From IMG/VR virus record IMGVR_UViG_3300042445_002563: a stretch of 56,512 nucleotides of DNA. One strand, 5' to 3'. Positions 1 through 9,072 of this stretch are shown here, piece after piece. Position 1 is the first letter of the stretch. Every line of letters begins with the position of its first letter. The notes under the pieces are model-generated. The model saw only the letters and a list, made by a program, of their open reading frames with translations, ran no database searches and was not told where the DNA came from. The DNA comes from an uncultured virus (IMG/VR IMGVR_UViG_3300042445_002563) (lineage: Duplodnaviria; Heunggongvirae; Uroviricota; Caudoviricetes). Made by a program: the position numbers and the translations under genes.

Positions 1-1
1 C

Positions 2-934
2 GGCCGATCAACCACCATGCGCTGGCTTCGCGAACATGCAGACGAAGCTGAACAACGGCAATGGGACATAATGAATCACAATGCTGCCGCAGCAGTAAAA
101 ATGATTGAACGAGTGGCCACGCTACCTCCCGAACGCAGAATGGTGCGCCTGGGTAGTGAAATGCTGCAAGGATATACTGAAGCCAGCTGGATTGACTGGT
201 GGCAGCGAACAGAGATACAAGATCATCTGGCCCGTATTTTTGCTCCTGTTGGCGAAACTGCCCGCAGACTGGGTGTGCGACTCAGCTTCCATCCCGGACA
301 GTTCTGTGTGCTGGCCAGTGAGTCGGATGAAATTGTAGAACGCAGTATCCTGGAATTTGAGTATCATGCAGACATGGCCCGTTGGATGGGCTATGGAAAA
401 ACCTGGCATGATCATGGTTTTAAAATCAACGTACATTTGTCGGGTAAAGGTGGTCCCGACAAGTTTTTGCGCACACTGGGTCGACTGACTCCTGAAGCGC
501 GAAATCTAATTACCATCGAGAATGATGAGATGACAAATGGGATTGATACTACTTTGCTTGTGGCTGAGCATGTTGCTCTTGTGCTGGATGTACACCACCA
601 CTGGATCAACTCGGGGGAATACATCACCCCCACTGACTCTCGTACAATGCGGGTTATTGAGTCTTGGCGTGGTCAGCGTCCTGCTCTTCACTACTCTGTT
701 AGTCGTGAAGATATTTTGGTTGGGCATGATCGAAGCGTTCGACCAGACCTTTCTGAACTTCTTGATCGAGGTTTTAAAAAGCAAAAGCTCCGCGCACATA
801 GTGACTTCATGTGGAATGATGCCTGCAACAAATGGGTAGTGGGGTTTGCTGACAATTTTGACATTCAGTGCGAAGCCAAGGGCAAGAATCTAGCATCCAT
901 GCAGGTGTACGAGCACTACAAACAACTAGCATGA
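2..934 (+). CDS. uvsE: UV-damage endonuclease (UvsE/UVDE family), 5' truncated by window edge
   Basis: RLSFHPGQF, ITIENDE, VLDVHHH, HYS, RAHSD, EAKGK motifs; frame is open from base 2 (GRSTTMRWL). Confidence 0.92.
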   Translation, partial: GRSTTMRWLREHADEAEQRQWDIMNHNAAAAVKMIERVATLPPERRMVRLGSEMLQGYTEASWIDWWQRTEIQDHLARIFAPVGETARRLGVRLSFHPGQFCVLASESDEIVERSILEFEYHADMARWMGYGKTWHDHGFKINVHLSGKGGPDKFLRTLGRLTPEARNLITIENDEMTNGIDTTLLVAEHVALVLDVHHHWINSGEYITPTDSRTMRVIESWRGQRPALHYSVSREDILVGHDRSVRPDLSELLDRGFKKQKLRAHSDFMWNDACNKWVVGFADNFDIQCEAKGKNLASMQVYEHYKQLA

Positions 935-1221
935 ACATAATTCTCAAAGATATTTTTACCTGGATACATGATGATTACAAAACTAACAGATTCCGTTTTG
1001 TCGTGGAAGTACTTGCTTGGGCTATCAGTATTGGCTGTAGCATTACGATGGCTGCCACTGTACCCACTCCCCCTTTACTTGCTATGTATCCTATTTGGAT
1101 TCTTGGTTGTGCTATGTACGCTTGGGCTAGTTGGACTCGCAAATCGTTTGGTATGTTGGCTAACTACATCCTGCTGGTGACCATTGACAGTGTTGGCTTG
1201 ATCAGGATGCTGACACAATAA
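931..1221 (+). CDS. Small membrane protein, about 3 TM segments
   Basis: ATGA overlap with uvsE stop at 931; hydrophobic segments. Confidence 0.7.
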   Translation: MNIILKDIFTWIHDDYKTNRFRFVVEVLAWAISIGCSITMAATVPTPPLLAMYPIWILGCAMYAWASWTRKSFGMLANYILLVTIDSVGLIRMLTQ

Positions 1222-1245
1222 TTTTACAAACGCGATCTCTGACTA

Positions 1246-1740
1246 TCAGCTGCCGCAACCTACCAATTTACAGTATTTGACAAATTCGTAGGTTCCCCAT
1301 ATGGTTCCCAATACCATTATTATTAGCAGTGTTGCTAGTAATACTGTTTCTATTAGATCTTCAAGTTCTTTTTTGTGACGGGCTGCTGCTTCTTTTTCAC
1401 GACGAATAGCATGTGCTTCATCCGCATCCATGGCAGCGGAGCGTGATTTGATCTTGTTCCAGACGTCTACCTTGCCTGCTTGCATGAACAGCAGTTGCAA
1501 CTCGTCTTCAAATCGTTTGGCCTGATCCAGAGCCATCTCAATCTGGATGGCTGTGCCCATACTGGATTTTTTACCACTGTTTTTGGATTCCACCATGGCC
1601 TTGGATGCAGTGCTCTTGGCGTCAAAGTATTTGCCCAGCACTGGTCCCAAGGACGCTACATCGTCCACAGTCTTGGATACTTTTTTAATCAATGCAACAG
1701 CAGCTTGTATGCCGGCCAGTGCGGTTAGCGGATCAATCAT
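1246..1740 (-). CDS. Hypothetical coiled-coil protein with C-terminal TM helix
   Basis: MIDPLTALAG start, overlap with upstream ORF, C-terminal hydrophobic helix. Confidence 0.7.
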   Translation of the reverse strand: MIDPLTALAGIQAAVALIKKVSKTVDDVASLGPVLGKYFDAKSTASKAMVESKNSGKKSSMGTAIQIEMALDQAKRFEDELQLLFMQAGKVDVWNKIKSRSAAMDADEAHAIRREKEAAARHKKELEDLIETVLLATLLIIMVLGTIWGTYEFVKYCKLVGCGS

Positions 1741-1973
1741 TTTAGTTCTTTTCTTCCTTCTAATTTACATATTTCTTTGTGCAATCGATTGGAGCAATCT
1801 TTCTTTTGCCATTCCACGCAAACTACTCGACGATCATATACATCGCCCGTCCAGGTCCATCTAACACATGCCCATGTGTAGTCCGTGGCTTTTTCAGTAT
1901 CTTTTTTGGTTTGAGCACCTGAATTCAACATGCCCAAACATACCACAACAATAAACACCACAGTTTTGATCAC
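1737..1973 (-). CDS. Small secreted Cys-containing hypothetical protein
   Basis: GTG start, signal-like N-terminus, TAAATA motif upstream (1991-1996, - strand). Confidence 0.6.
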   Translation of the reverse strand: MIKTVVFIVVVCLGMLNSGAQTKKDTEKATDYTWACVRWTWTGDVYDRRVVCVEWQKKDCSNRLHKEICKLEGRKELK

Positions 1974-2064
1974 AAAAAAGCCTCATGCAGTATTTACATA
2001 GGGCTTTTAAATTGTAAACCGGGCAGTTATCGCGGCTGGAACTGGTTTGCATGTTATGCAACTG

Positions 2065-2098
2065 GTGTAACAAAACTGTAATATTTGGTTGTTAAATA
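2065..2098 (+). promoter_or_regulatory. Pho-box-like direct repeat plus TAAATA upstream of pstS
   Basis: GTGTAACAAAA-CTGTAAT: TGTAAC/TGTAAT at 11-bp period (2066, 2077), similar to PhoB consensus CTGTCAT-N4-CTGTCAT; TAAATA at 2093 after a 10-bp gap. Confidence 0.75.
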
Positions 2099-2120
2099 AA
2101 TGTACTAACAAGGAGACTTT

Positions 2121-3122
2121 ATGAAACGATTTATCACAATGCTGCTGGCAGCAGTAGCAGTCACAGCTCACGCAGACATCACAGGTGCTGGTGCAACATT
2201 CCCCTACCCTATCTATGCCAAGTGGGCAGAAGCCTACAAGAAAGAAACCGGTATTGGACTCAACTATCAGTCAATTGGCAGTTCAGGTGGTATACGCCAG
2301 ATCAACAACAAAACAGTGACATTTGGTGCCAGCGATGCTCCTGTGGCAGGTGCTGAACTAGACAAGCTAGCTCAAGTACAGTTTCCCGCTATCATTGGCG
2401 GCACAGTGCCTATCGTGAACTTGGAAGGGTTTAAACCTGGAGAATTGCGTATCACTGGGCAAGTATTAGCCGAAGTGTTCTTGGGTGATATCACTCGATG
2501 GAATGACGCTAAACTAGCAGCATTGAATCCTGGTAAGAAATTGCCCGATCAACCGATCACAGTGGTTCATCGTGCTGACGGATCAGGCACAACATTCAAC
2601 TGGACTGACTACTTGACTGTGGCCAGCCCAGACTGGGCCAAGCGTGTGGGTCGTGGTGCAGCAATTAAATGGCCTGCTGTGAGCAGTATTGGTGGCAAAG
2701 GCAACGAAGGTGTTGCAGCCATTGTGAATCGTACTAAGGGCGGTATTGGTTATGTTGAGTATGCTTATGTAAAGAAAAATAACATGACCTTTATGCAACT
2801 ACAAAACAAAAATGGTAAGTTTGTCAGTCCTGATGATGTGACATTTGCAGCCGCAGCCGCAGGGGCTGATTGGTTCAGTGTGCCGGGCATGGGCTTGAGC
2901 ATCGTGGATCAAAAGGGCGATGCTGTGTGGCCAGTAACCACTGCCAGCTTTATCATCATGTACAAGAATCCAGAAGATAAAAAATCTTCAGCCGAAGTGC
3001 TCAAGTTTTTTGACTGGGCATTCCGCAATGGCAAGAAGGATGCTGCTGACCTTGACTATGTGTCATTGCCAGACAGCTTGACTCGACAAATTCGTGAACG
3101 AGTTTGGACACAAATCAAATAA
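2121..3122 (+). CDS. pstS: Phosphate ABC transporter substrate-binding protein PstS
   Basis: Signal peptide, GAGATFPYP, SIGSSGG, FGASD, HRADGSGTT, GKGNEGV, IGYVE; AAGGAG RBS. Confidence 0.97.
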   Translation: MKRFITMLLAAVAVTAHADITGAGATFPYPIYAKWAEAYKKETGIGLNYQSIGSSGGIRQINNKTVTFGASDAPVAGAELDKLAQVQFPAIIGGTVPIVNLEGFKPGELRITGQVLAEVFLGDITRWNDAKLAALNPGKKLPDQPITVVHRADGSGTTFNWTDYLTVASPDWAKRVGRGAAIKWPAVSSIGGKGNEGVAAIVNRTKGGIGYVEYAYVKKNNMTFMQLQNKNGKFVSPDDVTFAAAAAGADWFSVPGMGLSIVDQKGDAVWPVTTASFIIMYKNPEDKKSSAEVLKFFDWAFRNGKKDAADLDYVSLPDSLTRQIRERVWTQIK

Positions 3123-3167
3123 ACCGGCCGCAAAATTGAGCGGAAGCTGGAACTCGTAACCAGTACT

Positions 3168-3190
3168 AAGGGCCGCAAGGCTCTTTTTTA
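3168..3190 (+). terminator. Rho-independent terminator after pstS
   Basis: AGGGCC-GCAA-GGCTCT stem-loop followed by T run. Confidence 0.75.
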
Positions 3191-3191
3191 T

Positions 3192-3226
3192 TTGTAACAC
3201 AAGTGTAATCAAACAGGTTGTAAATA
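3192..3226 (+). promoter_or_regulatory. Second Pho-box-like direct repeat plus TAAATA upstream of plcP-like gene
   Basis: TTGTAACACAA-GTGTAAT: TGTAAC (3193) and TGTAAT (3204) at 11-bp period; GGTTG-TAAATA at 3221. Confidence 0.72.
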
Positions 3227-3230
3227 CACC

Positions 3231-4115
3231 ATGCAAAAGACTTATCGATCTATTTTTATCAGTGATGTGCATTTGGGCACCCGAGACTGTCAGGCCGGCA
3301 AGTTAAACAACTTTCTCAAACACAACACCTGCGAAACCTTGTACCTGGTAGGGGACATACTAGATGTGTGGCGCATACAACAAAACAAATGGCGTTGGAA
3401 GCAGAGTCATACCAATGTGGTTCGCCGCATACTGGGACATGCCAAACGCGGCACCAGAGTGATATATGTGGCTGGAAATCATGATGAATTCTTGAGACCG
3501 CTCATGCAGTACGGCATCAACTTTGGCAATGTGGAAGTGGTCAATCAATGTGAACACATTGGAGTAGATACCAAACATTACCTAGTCACACACGGCGACC
3601 TGTTTGATGGCATCACACGTCTAGCGCCCTGGATTGCTTTCTTGGGAGACAAAGCCTATGATTTTGTGCTTGGTCTCAACAGCAAGTTCAATTGGATCCG
3701 CCATCGCATGGGATTTGGTTACTGGAGTTTGAGTAAATATCTCAAGGGCCGTGTTAAAAAAGCAGTGGACTTTATATTTCAATTTGAAAAAAATCTAGCA
3801 ACCTACTGCAACAAGCGTGGCTATGATGGTGTGATTTGTGGTCATATTCACCATGCAGAAATCAAACTGATAGACGGCATTGTGTACATGAATGATGGCG
3901 ACTGGGTAGAATCATGTACAGCACTGGTAGAGCACCACACAGGCCAGTGGGAAATTGTTACCTGGACCAAGGAGAGTGATGATGTGGATCTTGATACTGA
4001 TAGCAACACACATAAACGACCCCGCCGATCAGCCAGGACGAATAGAGATACAGTTTCCCAACCAACAGAGTTGCGAGCAGGCTCTAAACACAGTCAAGTG
4101 GCAGTTAAAGTTTAA
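3231..4115 (+). CDS. plcP: PlcP-type phospholipase C (LpxH-like metallophosphoesterase)
   Basis: RSIFISDVHLG, LYLVGDILD-W, GNHDEFLR, THGDLFD, YWSLSKYLKGRVKKAV, ICGHIHHAE, YMNDGDWVESCTALVE match the PlcP subfamily pattern; adjacent GT4 gene. Confidence 0.85.
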   Translation: MQKTYRSIFISDVHLGTRDCQAGKLNNFLKHNTCETLYLVGDILDVWRIQQNKWRWKQSHTNVVRRILGHAKRGTRVIYVAGNHDEFLRPLMQYGINFGNVEVVNQCEHIGVDTKHYLVTHGDLFDGITRLAPWIAFLGDKAYDFVLGLNSKFNWIRHRMGFGYWSLSKYLKGRVKKAVDFIFQFEKNLATYCNKRGYDGVICGHIHHAEIKLIDGIVYMNDGDWVESCTALVEHHTGQWEIVTWTKESDDVDLDTDSNTHKRPRRSARTNRDTVSQPTELRAGSKHSQVAVKV

Positions 4116-4158
4116 AAGTTTCAAGGTAGTGAGCGAATGCAAAAAACCATCCTTATAG
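3979..4158 (+). CDS. Small secreted protein overlapping the non-conserved tail of plcP
   Basis: AAGGAG RBS at 3969, MMWILILIA signal-like start, two Cys. Confidence 0.55.
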   Translation: MMWILILIATHINDPADQPGRIEIQFPNQQSCEQALNTVKWQLKFKSFKVVSECKKPSL

Positions 4159-5144
4159 TCACAGACAACCTATATGACCAAATCAACGGTGTGGTTACGA
4201 CCTACAAAAATATTGAAGCGTGTGCGGTTCGCGACAACTATCGTGTTGTATATCTTGATCCCGGGCGGTTCCGCTATGTTGATTGCCCTGGCTACAACGA
4301 AGTCAAGATTGCCTTTCCCCGGAAAGTGGGCGCGATACTTGAGGAGATCCGTCCGGATTATATCCACATCGCCACCGAGGGTCCTGTGGGTCTGCGTGTT
4401 AGACAATATCTTGACAAACACGGTTATCGCTATAATACTGCTTACCATACTAAGTTTCCAGAAGGACTTAAAAAACTATTTGGAATTCCTGAAGCCATTA
4501 CTTGGCCTCTAGTGCGCTGGTTCCACAAGCATTCGGGCAAGGTATTGACCACCACAGAGTCCATGGTTCAAGAACTACGGGCACACGGCTTTGACGGAGA
4601 TATTGTTCCTTGGACTCGTGGTGTTGATCGTGAGATATTCAATCCTGAATCCAGAGAACCACACCAGGACACTGTGCTGGTTTGTGTGTCAAGAGTCAGC
4701 AAAGAAAAGAACCTGGAAGCATTTTGCAGCTTGGCCTACCCAGGGGCAAAAAAAATCTTAGTAGGCGATGGGCCGCATCGAGCAGAACTTCAAGAACAGT
4801 ATCCTGATGTTGAGTTTGTGGGATTCAAACGAGGAATTGCTCTGGCCTGGTACTATGCCAATGCTGATGTGTTTGTGTTTCCAAGCCGCTGGGAAACATT
4901 TGGCATTGTAATGATTGAAGCCATGGCCTGTGGTACGCCAGTAGCAGCTTATCCTTGCCAAGGACCTGAAGATGTTGTGGACCCTGGGGTTACTGGTTGT
5001 CTCAACGAAGATCTATCACAGGCCATAACAGACTGTTTGGCTCTGGACAGAAACACCGTTGTCAAAGGCAGTGAACACTGGAGTTGGGAACAGGCCTGGG
5101 TCATATTCCGAGACAACCTAGTTGAAGCCAGGCATAAAAGTTAA
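4137..5144 (+). CDS. agt: GT4 glycosyltransferase, Agt-like (glycosyl-diacylglycerol synthase)
   Basis: ILIVTD-QINGVV, IHIATEGPVG, TAYHTKFPE, WTRGVD, RVSKEKN, FVFPSRWETFGIVMIEAMACGTPVAAYP. Confidence 0.82.
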   Translation: MQKTILIVTDNLYDQINGVVTTYKNIEACAVRDNYRVVYLDPGRFRYVDCPGYNEVKIAFPRKVGAILEEIRPDYIHIATEGPVGLRVRQYLDKHGYRYNTAYHTKFPEGLKKLFGIPEAITWPLVRWFHKHSGKVLTTTESMVQELRAHGFDGDIVPWTRGVDREIFNPESREPHQDTVLVCVSRVSKEKNLEAFCSLAYPGAKKILVGDGPHRAELQEQYPDVEFVGFKRGIALAWYYANADVFVFPSRWETFGIVMIEAMACGTPVAAYPCQGPEDVVDPGVTGCLNEDLSQAITDCLALDRNTVVKGSEHWSWEQAWVIFRDNLVEARHKS

Positions 5145-5149
5145 TCAGC

Positions 5150-5875
5150 TCAAACTGAATTTTGCGGCTGTCTTGTGGTCACAGTTGCTAGTCCCACTGA
5201 TCTAAGCACAGTAATATACATCCACCCTATGTCAAACTCAAACCAACGACGGCTCAGTCGAGGGTTAGCAGGATCCAGATGATGGTTATTATGAAGACAC
5301 TCCCCACCAATAATAATACCCCAAGGCATAAGATTTCTACTGTGATCTTTGGTTTTGCCATTTCTGTATCCTATCCAGTGTCCTACTCCGTTGACTACAC
5401 CTGCTGCCCAGAACGGTATCCAGATCATTTGTATGCCCCAAATCAGCAGCCCCCACCAGCCAAACACAATTATGTTGAACACAAAGAGAATGCCAATGCC
5501 AAGTCTACTGTGAGCAGTGTATACGTTGTGCTCCATCCAATCAGCAGGAGTGCCAGCACCGTATGAATCAACCATGACTTTATCTTTGCTTGCTGCATGA
5601 TATAACATTGCTCCCTGAAACAACACCTGCCAAATACCATACACATGTGGTGTATGCGGATCGCCTTGCTGGTCACTAAATCTATGATGCTTGCGATGGA
5701 TTGCAACCCATTGTTTGGTGACCATGCCTGTGGTCAACCACAACCAGGCTCGCATGGCATGACTAATCACGGGATGAAAAGTCACGCCACGGTGTGCTTG
5801 GCCACGGTGCAAAAACAAAGTCACGCACACTATGGTAATGTGCGTGACTATCAAGGTGTAAATTAAATATGTCAT
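5150..5875 (-). CDS. Membrane fatty-acid desaturase (delta-9/DesA-like)
   Basis: His boxes HRGQAH, HRKHH, HNNHH; start MTYLIY at TAATG overlap 5875. Confidence 0.92.
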   Translation of the reverse strand: MTYLIYTLIVTHITIVCVTLFLHRGQAHRGVTFHPVISHAMRAWLWLTTGMVTKQWVAIHRKHHRFSDQQGDPHTPHVYGIWQVLFQGAMLYHAASKDKVMVDSYGAGTPADWMEHNVYTAHSRLGIGILFVFNIIVFGWWGLLIWGIQMIWIPFWAAGVVNGVGHWIGYRNGKTKDHSRNLMPWGIIIGGECLHNNHHLDPANPRLSRRWFEFDIGWMYITVLRSVGLATVTTRQPQNSV

Positions 5876-6432
5876 TACATACTTAGCGGTGCCCACAGCC
5901 ATAGGCCTTGACTCATGAGCACCAGACCTAGTGCTCCTACTCCTATTGATCCCCAATACATACGCATGTTAACTGCTAAGATACTAGCACTCAACAACAC
6001 GATTGCCAGCTGAAACAGCATGCCTGAAAAGTTTAACCAAGGACTATGTAGTCTAGCTTCGTCTCTTGCAGCTTCCTGTGCTCGTGCTTTGACCAATAAC
6101 TCTTTCTTACCTTCGCCTGTGTCAGGTTCTGATTCGTAGCGATCAATCTTGGCTTCCAGCTTGGCTACACGTTCTTTGTTGCCTGCCAGTCGTGCTTCTT
6201 CCAGTTGCCCTTCGGCTAGAGTTTGTTTGATTGATTTGGACTGATAAAATCCGTAGGTGTTAGATGCCTTCAGCAGATTGGTTTGTGCTACACTGCTGAA
6301 GTTGTTGGCAATATAGGTGTTGGCTGCCAGGAACAGGGCCATGAAAACAATTACCAGGCCTGCTCGGTCTTTGATTTGTGCTTCACGTTCTGAACGTGAG
6401 AGTGGCTTTGCTTCTTTGATTTCTTCTGCCAT
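5875..6432 (-). CDS. DUF4337-like membrane protein
   Basis: N-terminal TM, YQSKSIKQTL, GKKELL, C-terminal TM hairpin QLAIVLLSASIL. Confidence 0.7.
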   Translation of the reverse strand: MAEEIKEAKPLSRSEREAQIKDRAGLVIVFMALFLAANTYIANNFSSVAQTNLLKASNTYGFYQSKSIKQTLAEGQLEEARLAGNKERVAKLEAKIDRYESEPDTGEGKKELLVKARAQEAARDEARLHSPWLNFSGMLFQLAIVLLSASILAVNMRMYWGSIGVGALGLVLMSQGLWLWAPLSM

Positions 6433-6433
6433 T

Positions 6434-6904
6434 TTATTTCCTTGTTATGTCGAATGTTAAATTGGGATGATCGGGATAATTCACAATCACTTCACCTTCT
6501 GGGCACTTGTATTTGATATTGGCCATCAGCGTGGCTGTACCAGGTGCAACTCGTGCAGGGTCAGCCAGTGTGATACGATACCCAAATTTATCAACTTTGT
6601 TTGAAGCAGGACCCGAAAATACACTAACAGAGCTCTTGGCAGTGTGTACTTGAAATTCTGAATCTTTTACTTCTAGCTTGAACTCCTTGACTTCGCAATC
6701 ATCTCGGTGTTTTTCTCTAGCAACTACCACTGCAAACTCGCCATTTGCTGGGCCTGACTGAATTTTAAAATACTCTCCGTGCCAGGTCAATATAGGCTCT
6801 GGGGCTTTCATTTTATCCCAGAGTGAATAGCCACCACCTGCTAGTGCTAAACTAGCTGTGATAGCCCCTATACCTTTGGTGATTGTTTCTAGAGTTAGTT
6901 CCAT
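6434..6904 (-). CDS. Hypothetical protein with N-terminal membrane anchor
   Basis: Co-oriented in - strand operon; TM near N-terminus, beta-rich body. Confidence 0.7.
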   Translation of the reverse strand: MELTLETITKGIGAITASLALAGGGYSLWDKMKAPEPILTWHGEYFKIQSGPANGEFAVVVAREKHRDDCEVKEFKLEVKDSEFQVHTAKSSVSVFSGPASNKVDKFGYRITLADPARVAPGTATLMANIKYKCPEGEVIVNYPDHPNLTFDITRK

Positions 6905-6919
6905 ATCAAATCCTTTGGA

Positions 6920-7507
6920 TTATTTACCGGCTAAAGGATTGTCAATGGCTTTCTGAATCTTGTTGTCTACTTCGCGTTTGAGTGCGTCTACTTCGCGACC
7001 AATTTCTCTACGAGCATCAGCCATTTCCTTACGGATAGCATTTACTTCACCACGAGCTTTTTCTAGATCTTCTTGAATACCCTTACGAGCCTGGCGCATT
7101 TCTTGCTCAGTTTCACGCTGTGCTGTTTTAACACTGCGTTCAACTTGTTCTGTTACACTCTCATTGCGACGAATATCGTTCTTTAGGTCATTCTTGATGT
7201 CACGAGTGTAGTCGCTGGTCTTGCCTGAATTTTCTTCAATCACTGCCAGTCGCTTGTCAAACCCACTCAAGTCAGGTGCAGCATACTCAGCAATTTTCTT
7301 CTTCATGCCCTGATAGTCCTTGTACACTTCAAACGTGCCATATAATCCACCCAGTATGGATGATACTATTGTGAATGCTACCATGAGTTTGGCAGGTGTA
7401 AATTCATATCCACCTATGCTGATCACAGTGTCTTTGCTGGCATACTTCTTGACCGCTGATTCAGCTTGGTCGATTGTGGCATTAACATCTTTGATTTGTT
7501 CTGTCAT
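6920..7507 (-). CDS. Membrane-anchored coiled-coil protein
   Basis: Single TM then long heptad region, ends DNPLAGK. Confidence 0.75.
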   Translation of the reverse strand: MTEQIKDVNATIDQAESAVKKYASKDTVISIGGYEFTPAKLMVAFTIVSSILGGLYGTFEVYKDYQGMKKKIAEYAAPDLSGFDKRLAVIEENSGKTSDYTRDIKNDLKNDIRRNESVTEQVERSVKTAQRETEQEMRQARKGIQEDLEKARGEVNAIRKEMADARREIGREVDALKREVDNKIQKAIDNPLAGK

Positions 7508-7518
7508 TTTATTATTCC

Positions 7519-9072
7519 TTATTTGTATTGACTGTCAACAATTTGTTTCCAACGAGTTTCATTGGCTCCGCCGAGTTGACGTTGTGCGGATCTGTTGTCT
7601 ACCGTGGCCTTGTAGTATTGTTTTGCCACTGTGGCACCCATGGTATCTGGCACAGTACTGTTTTGATATGCACTAAAGCCCGGCACATATCCTATTAGGC
7701 CCACCAGCAGGCCCTGTGTGGCTGTTTGTGCTTCTAGAGTTGCTGCTCGACCAATATCTTTGGCCAGTTCCTTAGCTTTTTCTGTGGCTGCTGCCCTGGC
7801 TGCTGTGGCATTGCCGCCGGCTTTCTTTTCCACACTGGCCACAGCACCTTCTGTTTTCTTGGCATCAGCTTTTTGTTCCGCTGCCGCACCAGGCGGAGGA
7901 GGTGGGGGCGGTGCAGACGCTGCGTTCATTGTGCTAGCAGCCGGCGGTGCATTGATAACTGACATAGGCGAAGTAACTGAAGTTGCTGATGTTGTGGATG
8001 GTGCTGTTACAACAGAATCCACAGTGGCATTGCCTGTGGCAGAAACCACATTGGCAGGATCATTGCGCTGAATTTCTACATTTGTGGTCAGGGCTGAATT
8101 AACCGCAGTGGTCACAGCAGGATCCAGGTTCACAAGATACTTGATGGCATAGGCAGTTTTGTATCCTTCGCATTTGTTGCTGAACAAGCTGTCTATCAAA
8201 CACTGTTGATTCAGGTAGGCTTCTGCGTAGCCTGGACAGTCAGTGGCATACAAGGGACTGGCTGTACACTGGTATGATTTATAGGCCACATCATAGCCTG
8301 GACAGTCAGTAGCATACAAGGGATTGGCACTACACTGTTGAATTTTGTAGGCTGCTGCGTATCCTGAACAAGCAGTTGAATATAGTGGATTGGCACTGCA
8401 TTGCTGGGCAGTGTAGGCCTGTTGATATCCTGCACAAGTGGTGGAACTTAGTGGATTGGCAATGCAGGGGTCTGGTGCTTCTGCACTGTACTTGAGTCTG
8501 GCATACACTGTGCTCAGTGCGGTGCCCAGGTATGGCTCACCAGTTGATGCGCCTCCATCAGTACCAGTAAATGTCATGTTGATGTGACCCATGCTGGCCA
8601 GGGGAGTTGATGAGAAGTTCACATCCTGTGCTTCGCTAATCCAGGACCACCGGCTGGTGTTGTACACATGAGTTCGGTCAAACACAGTGCTGCCACCGGT
8701 GTTGGTAACATTGACATTGGCTGTGAGTGTGTCTGCTGCTCCTGTGCCGTTGGCGCAGGTGTTTGAGTTGCCACCCACAGGATTGTTGCAGTATATGGCA
8801 AATCTCCAACCGTACTGAATACCTGTTACATTGATACCTGTGCCTGCTAGTGCAGCATTGATAGCAATAGATCGTGCAACTGATCCTTGTGTTCCAAACG
8901 AATACTGGTTTTGACCCACAACAGGATGACTGGCGTTGGATCCAGACCCTGTCACAGTCCACCCGTTCATTGTGGAAAAATTAGGGTCTGTAACCAGGTT
9001 GTCAGTTGTGCTTTGTGACTGAGCAGAAATTGCTGCCAGACTCAGCAGTGCTATTGCTATCCAGTGTTTCAT
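7519..9072 (-). CDS. Secreted protein with five 22-aa Cys repeats and Pro/Ala linker
   Basis: Signal peptide; repeats QQCxxNPLYxxxCxGYxxAY; poly-Pro tract. Confidence 0.8.
   Translation of the reverse strand: MKHWIAIALLSLAAISAQSQSTTDNLVTDPNFSTMNGWTVTGSGSNASHPVVGQNQYSFGTQGSVARSIAINAALAGTGINVTGIQYGWRFAIYCNNPVGGNSNTCANGTGAADTLTANVNVTNTGGSTVFDRTHVYNTSRWSWISEAQDVNFSSTPLASMGHINMTFTGTDGGASTGEPYLGTALSTVYARLKYSAEAPDPCIANPLSSTTCAGYQQAYTAQQCSANPLYSTACSGYAAAYKIQQCSANPLYATDCPGYDVAYKSYQCTASPLYATDCPGYAEAYLNQQCLIDSLFSNKCEGYKTAYAIKYLVNLDPAVTTAVNSALTTNVEIQRNDPANVVSATGNATVDSVVTAPSTTSATSVTSPMSVINAPPAASTMNAASAPPPPPPPGAAAEQKADAKKTEGAVASVEKKAGGNATAARAAATEKAKELAKDIGRAATLEAQTATQGLLVGLIGYVPGFSAYQNSTVPDTMGATVAKQYYKATVDNRSAQRQLGGANETRWKQIVDSQYK
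8149..8472 (-). repeat. Degenerate 66-nt coding tandem repeat, five units
   Basis: Repeated CxxNPLYxxxCxGYxxAY units. Confidence 0.8.

Noticed and set aside
3123..3167. tRNA or named ncRNA after pstS
   Set aside because: Only two 4-bp stems; no cloverleaf, T-loop or recognisable family
3231..4115. Lipid A enzyme LpxH
   Set aside because: Same fold, but the YWSLS..LK..VKKAV and NDGDWVESCTAL pattern, GT4 neighbour and Pho box fit PlcP better; no other lpx genes
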